The notes below the pieces were generated by a model. It was not told where the DNA came from and did not search any database. It saw only the letters and a list, made by a program, of their open reading frames with translations. A stretch of DNA of 64,000 nt from Gemmatimonadota bacterium (GTDB lineage: Bacteria > Gemmatimonadota > Gemmatimonadetes > Palauibacterales > Palauibacteraceae). The translations under genes and the position numbers were made by a program. Location: assembly GCA_963666735.1 (NCBI GenBank), contig OY762926.1, forward strand, positions 3,264,001 to 3,328,000, read 5' to 3'. Numbering within the stretch: position 1 is the first letter of the stretch; each line of letters starts with the position of its first letter. This document shows, in pieces, positions 1 to 11,223 of the stretch.

Positions 1-1341
1 GTCGTACGTGTAGGTCGTCGAGGAGGACCGGACGGAGGGCGCCTCGGGGGCGAGCGCTCCGCTCTCGTGCAGATAGAATTCGGTGGGCCGGGACGCGGCC
101 GGGGGCCAGTTCTCCTCGTAGCGCCACTCGCCGCCTTGGTTGATGCGGCCGTTCTCGGCCTTCCGCCCGTCTCCCCCGCCCATGATGAAGTACTTCGCGG
201 GCGCCCACACGTCGGCGCTCTCGTCGCCCTTCAGCCAGCGGTCGAACCAGCGGAGTTCGAGGTTCAGGTAGTCGTCGTAGGTGACGATCCGGGCGCCCTC
301 GGGGCCGAAGTTCACCTCCCCGATCGACGACGCGAAGTTGTTGTGCGTCCACGGACCGATGAGGATGTGCTGGTTCTCCCGCCCCATGTCGACCATGGCC
401 TGATAGCCGTCGCTGATCGTGCGCGGGTACCAGTCGAACCAACCCACGACCCACAGGATCGGCATGTCCGGGTAGGACTCGAAGTGCTCGTCCATCCCCA
501 GTCCCGGCTGCCGCCAGAAGTCGCTGTAGTCGTAGTTTTCGAAGTAGAGCTGGAAGGCGGCCTCCTCGTACGTCGGCGCGAGGCTGAGCGGCGTCTCCCC
601 ACGCCGCCACGGAATGCGCGAGGCCCAGTCGAGGAATGTCTGCCCCGTGCGCATCTCATTGATCGCCTCGGTGATCTGCGGGTTCGCCCGCGCCTCGTTC
701 CCGTTGGACGCGACGGACAGAATCCACTGCAGCAGCCCCAGACCCAGGGCGCCGCCGCACTTCATGCTGTAGGTGTAGGCGTTCGTCGGTCCCTCGTACG
801 GGATCATCGTCTTGAGGCTGGGCGGGTTCAGCGTCGCGGTCTCGAACTGGACCCACGCCTGGTACGAGACGCCGTACGTGCCCACCTGCCCGTCACAGGA
901 CGGGTGCCGGGCGACCCACTCCACGGTGTCGTAGCCGTCCTCCGGCTCCTGCACGAAGGGGAAAAAATCCCCCGGCGAGTTGAAGCGCCCCCGGCAATCC
1001 TGGACGACGGAGACGTACCCGTTGCGCGCGAAGAACATCGCGTGCTCGATCGAGATCGGCCGCATCTTGTCGTAAGGAGTTCGCGCGAGGACGGCGGGGA
1101 GCGGTTCCTCCAGCGGGACGCCGTCCTCCGCCGGAAGGTAGAGGTCGGTCATGAGGTCGAGGCCGTCGCGCATGGGGACCGGCACGTCCTTCACGATGAC
1201 GACATCTCCCTCGGCATCGGCGGCGAGCCGACCATCCGAGGCTCGAGTGCTCCCCGCGAGCGCCTCCGGGTCGAACGCGGCTCCCAGCCCCGCCAGCCCC
1301 GCTCCGGCCAGCCCGGTTCGAACGAACGATCTGCGGTCCAT
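1..1341 (-). CDS. CocE/NonD family serine hydrolase with Tat signal (runs off the window start)
   Basis: Not in the ORF track because it is open to the edge. Manual translation from ATG 1341 (GGAGGAGG RBS upstream) gives MDRRSFVRTGLAG...VPVPMRDGLDLMTDLYLP...RTPYDK...VQDCRGRFNSPG...GTYGVSYQAW, which are the CocE hallmark motifs. Confidence 0.9.
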   Translation of the reverse strand, partial: MDRRSFVRTGLAGAGLAGLGAAFDPEALAGSTRASDGRLAADAEGDVVIVKDVPVPMRDGLDLMTDLYLPAEDGVPLEEPLPAVLARTPYDKMRPISIEHAMFFARNGYVSVVQDCRGRFNSPGDFFPFVQEPEDGYDTVEWVARHPSCDGQVGTYGVSYQAWVQFETATLNPPSLKTMIPYEGPTNAYTYSMKCGGALGLGLLQWILSVASNGNEARANPQITEAINEMRTGQTFLDWASRIPWRRGETPLSLAPTYEEAAFQLYFENYDYSDFWRQPGLGMDEHFESYPDMPILWVVGWFDWYPRTISDGYQAMVDMGRENQHILIGPWTHNNFASSIGEVNFGPEGARIVTYDDYLNLELRWFDRWLKGDESADVWAPAKYFIMGGGDGRKAENGRINQGGEWRYEENWPPAASRPTEFYLHESGALAPEAPSVRSSSTTYTYD

Positions 1342-1510
1342 GCGGCCTCCTCCGGCGGGTGTGCGAGGGAACCGTCGACGGCGGCGGACCCTCGATTCTC
1401 AACCTACGGATGTCGACCACAGCGTCCAGACGTGGCGGGCGGCAGCGCATCCGGCCGCGTACGGCGGCGCCTTGTCACGGGAAACGCCCGCGTCGAACGT
1501 TGGAAGCGCG

Positions 1511-3672
<2,162 letters not shown>

Positions 3673-3676
<4 letters not shown>

Positions 3677-3786
3677 ACGGGCCGGACCCGCGCGGAGGGC
3701 GCCTCAAGCCCTGGCTGGCGCTTCTCATCCTCGTACTCCTGGGCTTCGGCTACATCGGGCTCTGGGGCTGGCTCCTGCGTGGATAG
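3673..3786 (+). CDS. 37-aa single-pass membrane protein, probable small accessory subunit of the downstream SSS transporter
   Basis: GTGA overlap with the hyuA stop. MNGPDPRGGRLKPWLALLILVLLGFGYIGLWGWLLRG has one hydrophobic helix. Below the ORF-track cutoff. Confidence 0.65.
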
Positions 3787-3801
3787 GCCGAGGGTCACGC
3801 G

Positions 3802-5235
3802 ATGATGGACGGCGTGCAGCTCTCGTGGTGGCTCATCGGGGCCTACCTCGCCCTCATGCTCGGGGTCGGCCTCTGGTTCCGGCGGCGCGTGCGCTCCGTC
3901 GAGGACATGGCCGTGGCCGGCCGGCATTCGGGCGTATGGCTCATCGCCTTCTCCGTCGCCGCCACGTGGATCAACGGCACGACCCTGATCGGGATTTCGG
4001 CGCTCGGCGCGGACTTCGGCCTCGACGCGTACTGGAGCGGCGGCTCCTTCATGCTGGGCACGATCTGGATCGCGTACTTCATCATCCCGCGGCTCTGGGA
4101 GACGGGGGTCATCACCATCCCGGAACTCTTCGGGCGCTGCTTCGGCCCGCGGCACCGGATCGTCTCGCTCCTGCTCGTCATCCTCCGGGACATGGGAGTG
4201 ACGGCGGGGACGATCGGCGCGCTGACGCTCGTCACCACCGCGGTGCTCGGCCTCTCGGTGGCCGAGTCGCTCCTCCTCTGGCTCGGCGTCACATCCGTCT
4301 ACGTGTTTCTGGGCGGCATGTGGGCGGTGATGGCCACCGACGCGATCCAGTTCTTCATCATCCTGGCCGGTTCGATCGCCGTGCTGGTGGCGGGACTGGC
4401 CGCCGCCGGAGGGCTCGGCGGGCTGAGCGCCGGTGTCGATCCGGCGCTGATCGACATCTTCGGGCGGGCCGGCGTCACACAGGTCCTGGCCTGGATCGTC
4501 ATCGGCCTCGCGATCACGGGCGCGTACCAGGGGTTGATCCAGCGGGGATTCGCGGCCAGGAGCGCGGACGTGGCGCGGCGCGGCTTCCTGTACGGCGGGG
4601 TCATCGCCTCGATCTGGTACATGACGCCGCCTCTGATCGGAATCGTCGCCCGCACGATCTACGGGCCCGGCCTCGCGGCGGAGGACGCCTTCGTCACGCT
4701 CGCGTTCGGCGCGGCGGGGAACGAACTGGCGAGCCTCGTCGTCGTGTGCGTGCTGGCGGCGAGCATGTCGACGCTCTCCAGCACGATCAACACGATCGCC
4801 TCCAACTTCACGCTCGATCTGTACACGCGGTTCATCGCGCCCACGGCCAGCGCCGCCCGGCAACTCTGGGTGTACCGCCTCAACGTCCTCCTCGTGGGGG
4901 CGCTGGCGGCGGTCCTCTACCTCGCGCTACCCCTCCTCATCGAGCTGTTCTGGATCGGAGGACGGATCATGGGAGCCTCGGTCGCCCCCGCGCTGATCGG
5001 GATCGTCCTCTTCCCATCGCTGCGGGAAGCGCCGCGGACGGTCATGGCGGCGATGCTCATCGGCGCCGGGATCCAGGCCGCGTGGCAGACGTTCGGGGCG
5101 ATCCGCGAGGTGGGCGCCGTCGTCATCATCTGGGAACTGGACCCGATTCTGGTCGGACTGCCCCTCACGATCCTGATTCTGTGGATCGGGACGCGCCTCG
5201 AAACTCGAACGGGGGGCCGCAATGCCGCAGCCTGA
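3802..5235 (+). CDS. Sodium:solute symporter (SSS/SLC5 family)
   Basis: Many TM helices; VAGR...FSVAATWING, YVFLGGMWAVMATDAIQ and AASMSTLSSTIN signatures. Confidence 0.93.
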   Translation: MMDGVQLSWWLIGAYLALMLGVGLWFRRRVRSVEDMAVAGRHSGVWLIAFSVAATWINGTTLIGISALGADFGLDAYWSGGSFMLGTIWIAYFIIPRLWETGVITIPELFGRCFGPRHRIVSLLLVILRDMGVTAGTIGALTLVTTAVLGLSVAESLLLWLGVTSVYVFLGGMWAVMATDAIQFFIILAGSIAVLVAGLAAAGGLGGLSAGVDPALIDIFGRAGVTQVLAWIVIGLAITGAYQGLIQRGFAARSADVARRGFLYGGVIASIWYMTPPLIGIVARTIYGPGLAAEDAFVTLAFGAAGNELASLVVVCVLAASMSTLSSTINTIASNFTLDLYTRFIAPTASAARQLWVYRLNVLLVGALAAVLYLALPLLIELFWIGGRIMGASVAPALIGIVLFPSLREAPRTVMAAMLIGAGIQAAWQTFGAIREVGAVVIIWELDPILVGLPLTILILWIGTRLETRTGGRNAAA

Positions 5236-6982
5236 GAGCCGCGCCGGAGGCGCCGTGGATCCGGTCCTGTTCGAGGTCATCCGGAACGCGCTCGTCGAGG
5301 CGACGGAGGAGATGTCCGTCACGCTCCAGCGCACCGCCTATTCGACCAACATCAAGACGCGGCTCGACTATTCGTGCGCCTTCGTGGACGCGGACGGACG
5401 GATGATCGCGCAGGCCTTCTGCCAGCCCGCGCACCTCGTGACGATCGGGCGGCTCGTCCCGCGCGCGGTGGCCGAGTACGAGGCCGAGCACGGGGAGGGG
5501 ACGCTCGGTCCCGGGGACGGGCTGCTGGTCAACGATCCGCACCGGCAGGCGAGCCACCTCAACGATGTCTTCCTCATCACCCCCTTCTTCCATGGGGGCG
5601 AACGGGTGGGATACGTCGCCAACTGCTGCCACCACGTGGACGTGGGAGGCGGGGCGCCGGCGAGCATCGGCGCGTTCCGCGAGATCTACCAGGAGGGGAT
5701 CATCCTTCCCGTCGTGAAGCTCTTCGACGGCGGCGAACTGGTGGACGATGTGCTGAAGCTCATGCTCGCCAACGTGCGCGCGAAGAAGGAGGTGGCGGGC
5801 GACCTGCGGGCGCAGCACGCGGCGAACGAGATCGGGCTGCGGCGGCTGTCCGCGCTGTGGGAGCGCTACGGCCCGGAGATGCTGCGCTCCTACATGGAAC
5901 GCATGATCGAGTACAGCGAGCGGCGGCTGCGGGCGGAGCTGGCGGAGCTTCCGCGGGGAGAGTTCGCGGCGGAGGGGTGCCTCGACGACGACGGGATCAC
6001 CGGCGAGCCCGTGCACCTGAGGGTCCGGATCCGCTTCGACGGCTCGACCGCTCGCTTCGATTTCACGGGGACGGACGCGCAGCGCGCGGCGCCCATGAAC
6101 TGCAACCTCACGCAGTGCTTCACCGCCTGCGTCTACGTGCTCAAGTGCCTCGTCGACCCGGACATCCCGCTGAACGAGGGGTTCTACCGCCCCATCGAAG
6201 TCGTCGCGCCGGAGGGATCGGCGGTGAACGTCCGGCCGCCGGCGGGGGTGGTCGGCGGGTGGGAAGTCGCGATGCGCCTGTGCGACATCATGTTCCGGGC
6301 GCTCGCCGACCCCATGCCGGAGCGCGTGCCCGCGGGAACGAAGGGGATGATCTGCCACGTCGGATTCGGGGGCGAGGATCCGGCGACCGGGGAGTACTAC
6401 TGCTTCCTCGAGACGCTCGCGGGCGGCTACGGCGGACGGCACGATACGGACGGCCCGGACGCGGTCCAGACCCACATCCAGAACACCCAGAACGCGCCCA
6501 TCGAGGAGACCGAACTCAACTATCCGGTGCGGATCCACGAGTACAGCCTCGTCCCCGACTCGGAGGGGGCGGGCCGGCAGCGGGGCGGCCTCGCGCTGTG
6601 CCGCGAGTACGAGTTCGTGGGTCATGAGCCGACGTTCACGACGCTGGCCGACCGCGCGCGGTTCCCGGCCCACGGCCTGCACGGCGGCGGCGACGGGAGG
6701 GTGGCGAGCTACCGGCTGATCTCGGGCGGAGCGGCGCGGGATCTCGGTTCGAAAGCGACGGTGCAACTCGCCACGGGAGACCGGGTGCGGATCGAGACGG
6801 CGGGCGGCGGCGGATTCGGACCGGCTCACGAGCGGGATCCGGAGGCCGTGCTCCGGGACGTGCGGGAAGGCAAGGTTTCGCGGGCCCGGGCGCAGGAGGC
6901 CTATGGCGTGGCCATCAGTTCGGGGGAGTGGACGGTCGACCTCGCGGAGACAGGGAGACTGCGCGGATCGCCGGGACGATGA
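5222..6982 (+). CDS. hyuB: Hydantoinase B/oxoprolinase subunit B
   Basis: DPVLFEVIRNAL, RTAYSTNIK..DYSCA, NDP...HLND, HHVDVGG, EIYQEG and TAGGGGFG motifs. Confidence 0.93.
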   Translation: MPQPESRAGGAVDPVLFEVIRNALVEATEEMSVTLQRTAYSTNIKTRLDYSCAFVDADGRMIAQAFCQPAHLVTIGRLVPRAVAEYEAEHGEGTLGPGDGLLVNDPHRQASHLNDVFLITPFFHGGERVGYVANCCHHVDVGGGAPASIGAFREIYQEGIILPVVKLFDGGELVDDVLKLMLANVRAKKEVAGDLRAQHAANEIGLRRLSALWERYGPEMLRSYMERMIEYSERRLRAELAELPRGEFAAEGCLDDDGITGEPVHLRVRIRFDGSTARFDFTGTDAQRAAPMNCNLTQCFTACVYVLKCLVDPDIPLNEGFYRPIEVVAPEGSAVNVRPPAGVVGGWEVAMRLCDIMFRALADPMPERVPAGTKGMICHVGFGGEDPATGEYYCFLETLAGGYGGRHDTDGPDAVQTHIQNTQNAPIEETELNYPVRIHEYSLVPDSEGAGRQRGGLALCREYEFVGHEPTFTTLADRARFPAHGLHGGGDGRVASYRLISGGAARDLGSKATVQLATGDRVRIETAGGGGFGPAHERDPEAVLRDVREGKVSRARAQEAYGVAISSGEWTVDLAETGRLRGSPGR

Positions 6983-8157
6983 CGACGAAGGTGAAGACCG
7001 CCGATGCCGTCGTCATCGGGGGCGGGATCATGGGCGCCAGCGCCGCGCACTTCCTCGCGAAGAGGGGGTTCGGCCGCATCGTCCTTCTCGAGAAGGGACG
7101 CCTCGCGGGCGTGAGCACGGGACATTCCGCCGCGATCGTCCGCACGTACTACTCGAACCCGATCACGCTCGAACTGGCGAAGCGGGCCCTCCACATGTTC
7201 GAGAACGACCGGGACCTGCTCGGCGGCGACTGCGGGTTCCGGCCCATCGGCTTTCTTCTCCTGATCGGCGAGCGTCTGCGCGCCGCCGGAGAGCACATCC
7301 TCGAGTCGGAGCGGCGGCATGAGCTCCACGTCGAACGCCTCACCGTGGACGAGGTGGCCAACTTGGCGCCTCCACTCTCTCTGGACGGCGTCTCGTACGG
7401 CATCCTCGAGCCGCGCTCGGGTTACGCCGATCCCGCCCGCACGGCGGAAAACCTCGTGGCGGCCGCTCGTCCCTGGGGACTCGAACCCGGCGTCGGCGTC
7501 GCCGCTGCGGGCGTCCGCCTGCATGGGGATCGCGTGGCCGCCGTGGAGACCGAGCAGGGGACGATCGCGACGAATGTCGTCGTGAACGCGGCGGGCCCCT
7601 GGGCGGGGCAGGTCGGCTCCTGGCTCGGCTTGAAGTACTCGCTGCGCTGGAGCCGCGAGAGCGATCTGTTCGTGGAGAGGCCGGCCCGCTTCGGAGATCT
7701 CCCGGTCGTCTCCGATCCGGGTCTGCGCGTCTACCTGCGACCCTACGGCGACGACCGGATCATCGCCGGACTGGGGGCGCCCAAGGACATCGAGCCCGTG
7801 GATCCCGACGACTGCGATCCGGCTCTCGATCCGGAGGTGCGCGAGCGCATCGAGCGCCCGCTCTTCCGGCGGGTTCCGGCTCTGTCGCGCGCCCGGCACC
7901 TGGGCGGCTACGCCTCGCTCTACACGATCACGGACGACTGGCACCCGATCGTGGGCGCGGAGCCCGGTCTCGAGGGCTACTACGCGTTCTTCGGTGGCAG
8001 CGGCCACGGGTTCAAGCTCGGCCCCCCGATCGGCGAAGCACTGGCCGACGTGATCTGCGGAGAGGCGCCGGAGATCGATCTCTCGCCCTTCCGCCCGGGC
8101 CGCTTCGTCGACGGCGAGCCCCTCACGTCCGCGTGGGGTGAGGGCAACCGCGGCTGA
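6979..8157 (+). CDS. FAD-dependent oxidoreductase (DAO / sarcosine oxidase beta-like)
   Basis: VVIGGGIMG Rossmann motif, VVNAAGPWA, GGSGHGFKLGP. ATGA overlap with the hyuB stop. Confidence 0.9.
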   Translation: MTTKVKTADAVVIGGGIMGASAAHFLAKRGFGRIVLLEKGRLAGVSTGHSAAIVRTYYSNPITLELAKRALHMFENDRDLLGGDCGFRPIGFLLLIGERLRAAGEHILESERRHELHVERLTVDEVANLAPPLSLDGVSYGILEPRSGYADPARTAENLVAAARPWGLEPGVGVAAAGVRLHGDRVAAVETEQGTIATNVVVNAAGPWAGQVGSWLGLKYSLRWSRESDLFVERPARFGDLPVVSDPGLRVYLRPYGDDRIIAGLGAPKDIEPVDPDDCDPALDPEVRERIERPLFRRVPALSRARHLGGYASLYTITDDWHPIVGAEPGLEGYYAFFGGSGHGFKLGPPIGEALADVICGEAPEIDLSPFRPGRFVDGEPLTSAWGEGNRG

Positions 8158-8192
8158 CTGTTGCGAGACTGCCCCTCCGAGAACTCGTCGGC

Positions 8193-8240
8193 TTGCATTC
8201 TAGTGTGCCATCCTGTACCATGCCGTGCCAGCACGTACCG
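8193..8240 (+). promoter_or_regulatory. Sigma70-type promoter overlapped by four 10-bp-phased direct repeats (putative operator)
   Basis: TTGCAT (8193-8198), 17 bp spacer, TACCAT (8216-8221). GTRCCR at 8205, 8215, 8225 and 8235. Confidence 0.65.
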
Positions 8241-8254
8241 ACACGGTGGACATT

Positions 8255-8497
8255 GTGACGATTCAGCTTGGTGGGACAACCTATTTTAGAATCGGCGAGG
8301 CTCTTGACCGAGCTGGCGTCAGCCGGTCGACGTATTTCCGGTGGGTCCGCGACGGGCGAATCGAGGATGCACGATATCGAGACCGGAACGGTCGTCGAGT
8401 TCTGACAAGTAGCGAAGTCGATTCCCTGTGCCAGGTGAGCAACCGCGTGATCGTCGCCGCGCCGGACCCGCGTCAGACGCGCCTTGAGCTCGATTAG
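8255..8497 (+). CDS. Small MerR/Xis-like helix-turn-helix protein, putative R-M controller
   Basis: YFRIGEALDRAGVSRSTYFRWVRDGRI...RDRNGRRVLT. Start uncertain (GTG 8225/8246/8255). Confidence 0.8.
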   Translation: MTIQLGGTTYFRIGEALDRAGVSRSTYFRWVRDGRIEDARYRDRNGRRVLTSSEVDSLCQVSNRVIVAAPDPRQTRLELD

Positions 8498-8509
8498 GAT
8501 TACTGGGCC

Positions 8510-8930
8510 ATGGCCGACGTCGTTACTCCCGAGAAACGCAGCTGGATCATGCGTCAGATTTCGGAAAAGGATACTCGCCCGGAACCTGCGCTGCGAAAGC
8601 TGTTACATCCACACGGTTATCGCTTCAGGCTCCACCGGAGCGACCTGCCCGGCAAACCGGACATCGTGCTTCCGAGATACCGGGTCGTGATTTTTTTACA
8701 TGGGTGCTTTTGGCACGGGCATGAATGCCAAAAGCGACGACGCCCCAAGACAAATAGAGATTACCGGAACAAGGAGCTCGCTAGAAATGTGGAACGAGAT
8801 CGGACGACGCAAGAAGCCTGCAAGGAAGTCGGCTGGAAGCCAATCGTAGTGTGGGAGTGTGGACATGAAACGTAATCCTCGTGAGGTGTTGGATCGCATC
8901 ATAGTAGATCTCCCAAGGGTGGGGACTTGA
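8510..8930 (+). pseudogene. vsr: Very short patch repair endonuclease Vsr, probably frameshifted near the 3' end
   Basis: ADV..PEKRSWIM, DLPGKPDIV, FLHGCFWHGH, VVWEC. The frame stops at 8875; the +1 frame from 8862 continues DMKRNPREVLDRII...TGA 8930. Confidence 0.8.
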
Positions 8931-9892
8931 CCTATCGGGTCGCATCCCTGTTCTCGGGGATCGGGGGCTTCGATCTTGGCTTCGAGCGTGCCGGGTTCGA
9001 AGTCACGTTTCAGTGCGAGATTGACAAGTTTTGCAGCTCAATTCTTCGACAACACTGGCCGGATGTGGAGCGACATGAAGATATCAGAAACGTCCAGGAC
9101 TCAGACATCCCTATTTCCGACGTTTGGGCAGGCGGATTCCCCTGCCAGGACGTCTCAGTGGCGCGAATGGGGCCGCGAGCTGGGCTTAGGGGGAGACGAT
9201 CTGGACTCTTTTTTGAGTTTTCTCGACTCGTTGAGACAGGTCGCCCCAGAGTTGTTGTCATCGAGAACGTGCCGGGTCTCCTCTCTTCCCATGGAGGCCG
9301 AGACTTCCGAATCGTTATTCAAACTCTGGCCTCGTTCGGGTATGGCGTGGGATGGCGGGTGCTTAACAGCCGGTACTTCGGAGTCCCCCAATCGCGGTCG
9401 CGAGTCTTCATTGTCGGATGCGATCGTGACCGGCGAGGTCCCGCAGAAATACTTTTTGAGTCCGAATGCAGCGCGGGGAATCATCAGAAGAGTCGACCGA
9501 ATGGGAAGAAACCTGTTTCGCCCTTTAAGAGAAGCATTGGAGATCTTGGCAAAGGACCCGTGACTCCGGCCCTTGCATACTGTCTGTATGCCTGTTCGGC
9601 GCGGCACACCGGTACGGATTGGAGCAGGAACTACGTGAGCTACCCGGACGGCCGCGTACGACGCTATATGCCGCTAGAGGCAGAGCGGCTTCAGGGGTTT
9701 CCGGATGGTTGGACGATTCCGGAAGCTGCGGGCTCCCCAGCCGCCGATCCCGATTCTCCACGTTACCACGCACTCGGTAACGCCGTGACGGTCCCCGTAG
9801 CTGAGTGGCTTGCTCGGCGAATCGAAACCTATTTGATGGCGTCTGGGGATCGCGCCCGCTCGCCGGAGTTTGCGTTAGCTCCTGTGGTATGA
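8927..9892 (+). CDS. DNA (cytosine-5)-methyltransferase
   Basis: Motifs I (LFSGIGG), IV (GGFPCQ), VI (ENV), VIII (PQSRSRVF), IX (RRYMPLEAERLQGFP) and X (GNAV). TTG start. Confidence 0.95.
   Translation: MTYRVASLFSGIGGFDLGFERAGFEVTFQCEIDKFCSSILRQHWPDVERHEDIRNVQDSDIPISDVWAGGFPCQDVSVARMGPRAGLRGRRSGLFFEFSRLVETGRPRVVVIENVPGLLSSHGGRDFRIVIQTLASFGYGVGWRVLNSRYFGVPQSRSRVFIVGCDRDRRGPAEILFESECSAGNHQKSRPNGKKPVSPFKRSIGDLGKGPVTPALAYCLYACSARHTGTDWSRNYVSYPDGRVRRYMPLEAERLQGFPDGWTIPEAAGSPAADPDSPRYHALGNAVTVPVAEWLARRIETYLMASGDRARSPEFALAPVV
9075..9563 (+). CDS. Overprinted +1-frame ORF inside the methyltransferase (M.EcoHK31I beta-polypeptide-like)
   Basis: Frame open 8976-9563 in an AT-richer gene. GTGGAG RBS just before ATG 9075. 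Contains WPRSGMAWDG...ESP...SSLSDAI..GEVPQKYFLSPNAARGIIRR. Confidence 0.7.
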   Translation: MKISETSRTQTSLFPTFGQADSPARTSQWREWGRELGLGGDDLDSFLSFLDSLRQVAPELLSSRTCRVSSLPMEAETSESLFKLWPRSGMAWDGGCLTAGTSESPNRGRESSLSDAIVTGEVPQKYFLSPNAARGIIRRVDRMGRNLFRPLREALEILAKDP

Positions 9893-11059
9893 TTCGTAAT
9901 AAAGACTGAGCAACCGAGGGTCGGGTCGATCCTCTCTTCTTGTGGGAAACCGGTCGGCTGGTATCGGGCCCGTGTGCTTGAGCAGGCTGACGACCCCGAA
10001 GGTCGGACACTCACTCCTAAGTGTAGCGACCGCATCCTCCGGGACCTCCAGGATGTAGCTGGCACCATCCCAAGTCAGGACCAAGAGGCCCTCGTCAAAC
10101 GCCCAGTGATGATGCTTACACAGGCAGAGCCCATTTGCAATGCCGTCGAGGTCATAATCTGCCCACGGGAGGATATGGGCGGCGTCTACTCCGGCAACCC
10201 GATTGACGGACGTGCGGGGATAACGGTGCCCACACACGACACAAGTCCAGTCGTAAGCAGCGCGAACGTCTTGCCGAAAACGGGCACTGGCCGCTCCGCG
10301 TGCAGCTGCCCAGCGGCGCCACTCACGGACCGTTCGGCGACGAAGCTCTAGCTCGCTAGGGTCTATCTCGTCCACGCGTACGGGAGGCTCCGGGGGTACC
10401 TTGGCCAAGTCTAAAGTTTGGAGGAGATCAGGTACGACATCCTCTCGCCCCTGCCGATAAATCCGAAAGTCCGGCCCTAGTTCTGAGAGTTGATCTTGGA
10501 GGTCGGTTATGATTTGCTCTCCGCGTAGAGGGACTGGCGTTCCGACCGTCACAAGGTCCCTATGTGCGCGGAGCAGTCGCGCGATGTCTTCAGGCAATTC
10601 ATCTGTACAAGCCCAAAGTTGTCTTAGGTTTTGAATGCGATCTGCATAGCCCAACAGTTCAGCGTGCAGGTTGTAATTGCGAAGAATAATATCGCTAATC
10701 GCCACTGTGACACGGCCGGGGCCATGAAGAACTACGCGGCCTAGCTCAATGTGCTCGATAGCGTATCGCTCGGACAGGAGAATAGGTCGTCCACTACCCA
10801 GAGCATCGTCTGCTCGAACTGGAGAAGGCATTAGGAGAGATGCTGCGATCTGGCGGTGAAGATGAATCGACGCATCTTGGATGCGGAGCCTCTTCTTACC
10901 CCCCTGGCTAGTAAGTACTACGCCGGAATCGATCACCCAGTCGCTATCGAATGCGACATGAAAGCGCCGCCCTATGACGTCGGTTGGAGTGACGTTCCCG
11001 TGATTCTCGCTCAACTCGTATTCGCCCCGGCCCCCGCTTGTGCGGCGCGAAATCCTCAC
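9875..11059 (-). CDS. HNH endonuclease, putative cognate restriction endonuclease
   Basis: C-terminal CVVCG...DAAHILPW...NGLCLCKHHHWAFD (HNH_2 type). GTG start at 11059 with GGAGGG RBS. Convergent with the MTase. Confidence 0.85.
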   Translation of the reverse strand: MRISRRTSGGRGEYELSENHGNVTPTDVIGRRFHVAFDSDWVIDSGVVLTSQGGKKRLRIQDASIHLHRQIAASLLMPSPVRADDALGSGRPILLSERYAIEHIELGRVVLHGPGRVTVAISDIILRNYNLHAELLGYADRIQNLRQLWACTDELPEDIARLLRAHRDLVTVGTPVPLRGEQIITDLQDQLSELGPDFRIYRQGREDVVPDLLQTLDLAKVPPEPPVRVDEIDPSELELRRRTVREWRRWAAARGAASARFRQDVRAAYDWTCVVCGHRYPRTSVNRVAGVDAAHILPWADYDLDGIANGLCLCKHHHWAFDEGLLVLTWDGASYILEVPEDAVATLRSECPTFGVVSLLKHTGPIPADRFPTRREDRPDPRLLSLYYESYHRS

Positions 11060-11223
11060 GTTGTCCCTCCGGCAGCATTCTTCGGTGTGTGGGGCACGGA
11101 AGGTCGGCGTAAACCAAGCACCGCACAAGGGGGGATGCAGGGCGGAGCGGACACCGGGCATGGATTGGCGACGGGACGAATGTGTGGGATGTCTCCGGTT
11201 GCGGGGATGTGCGTGGAGTGACG

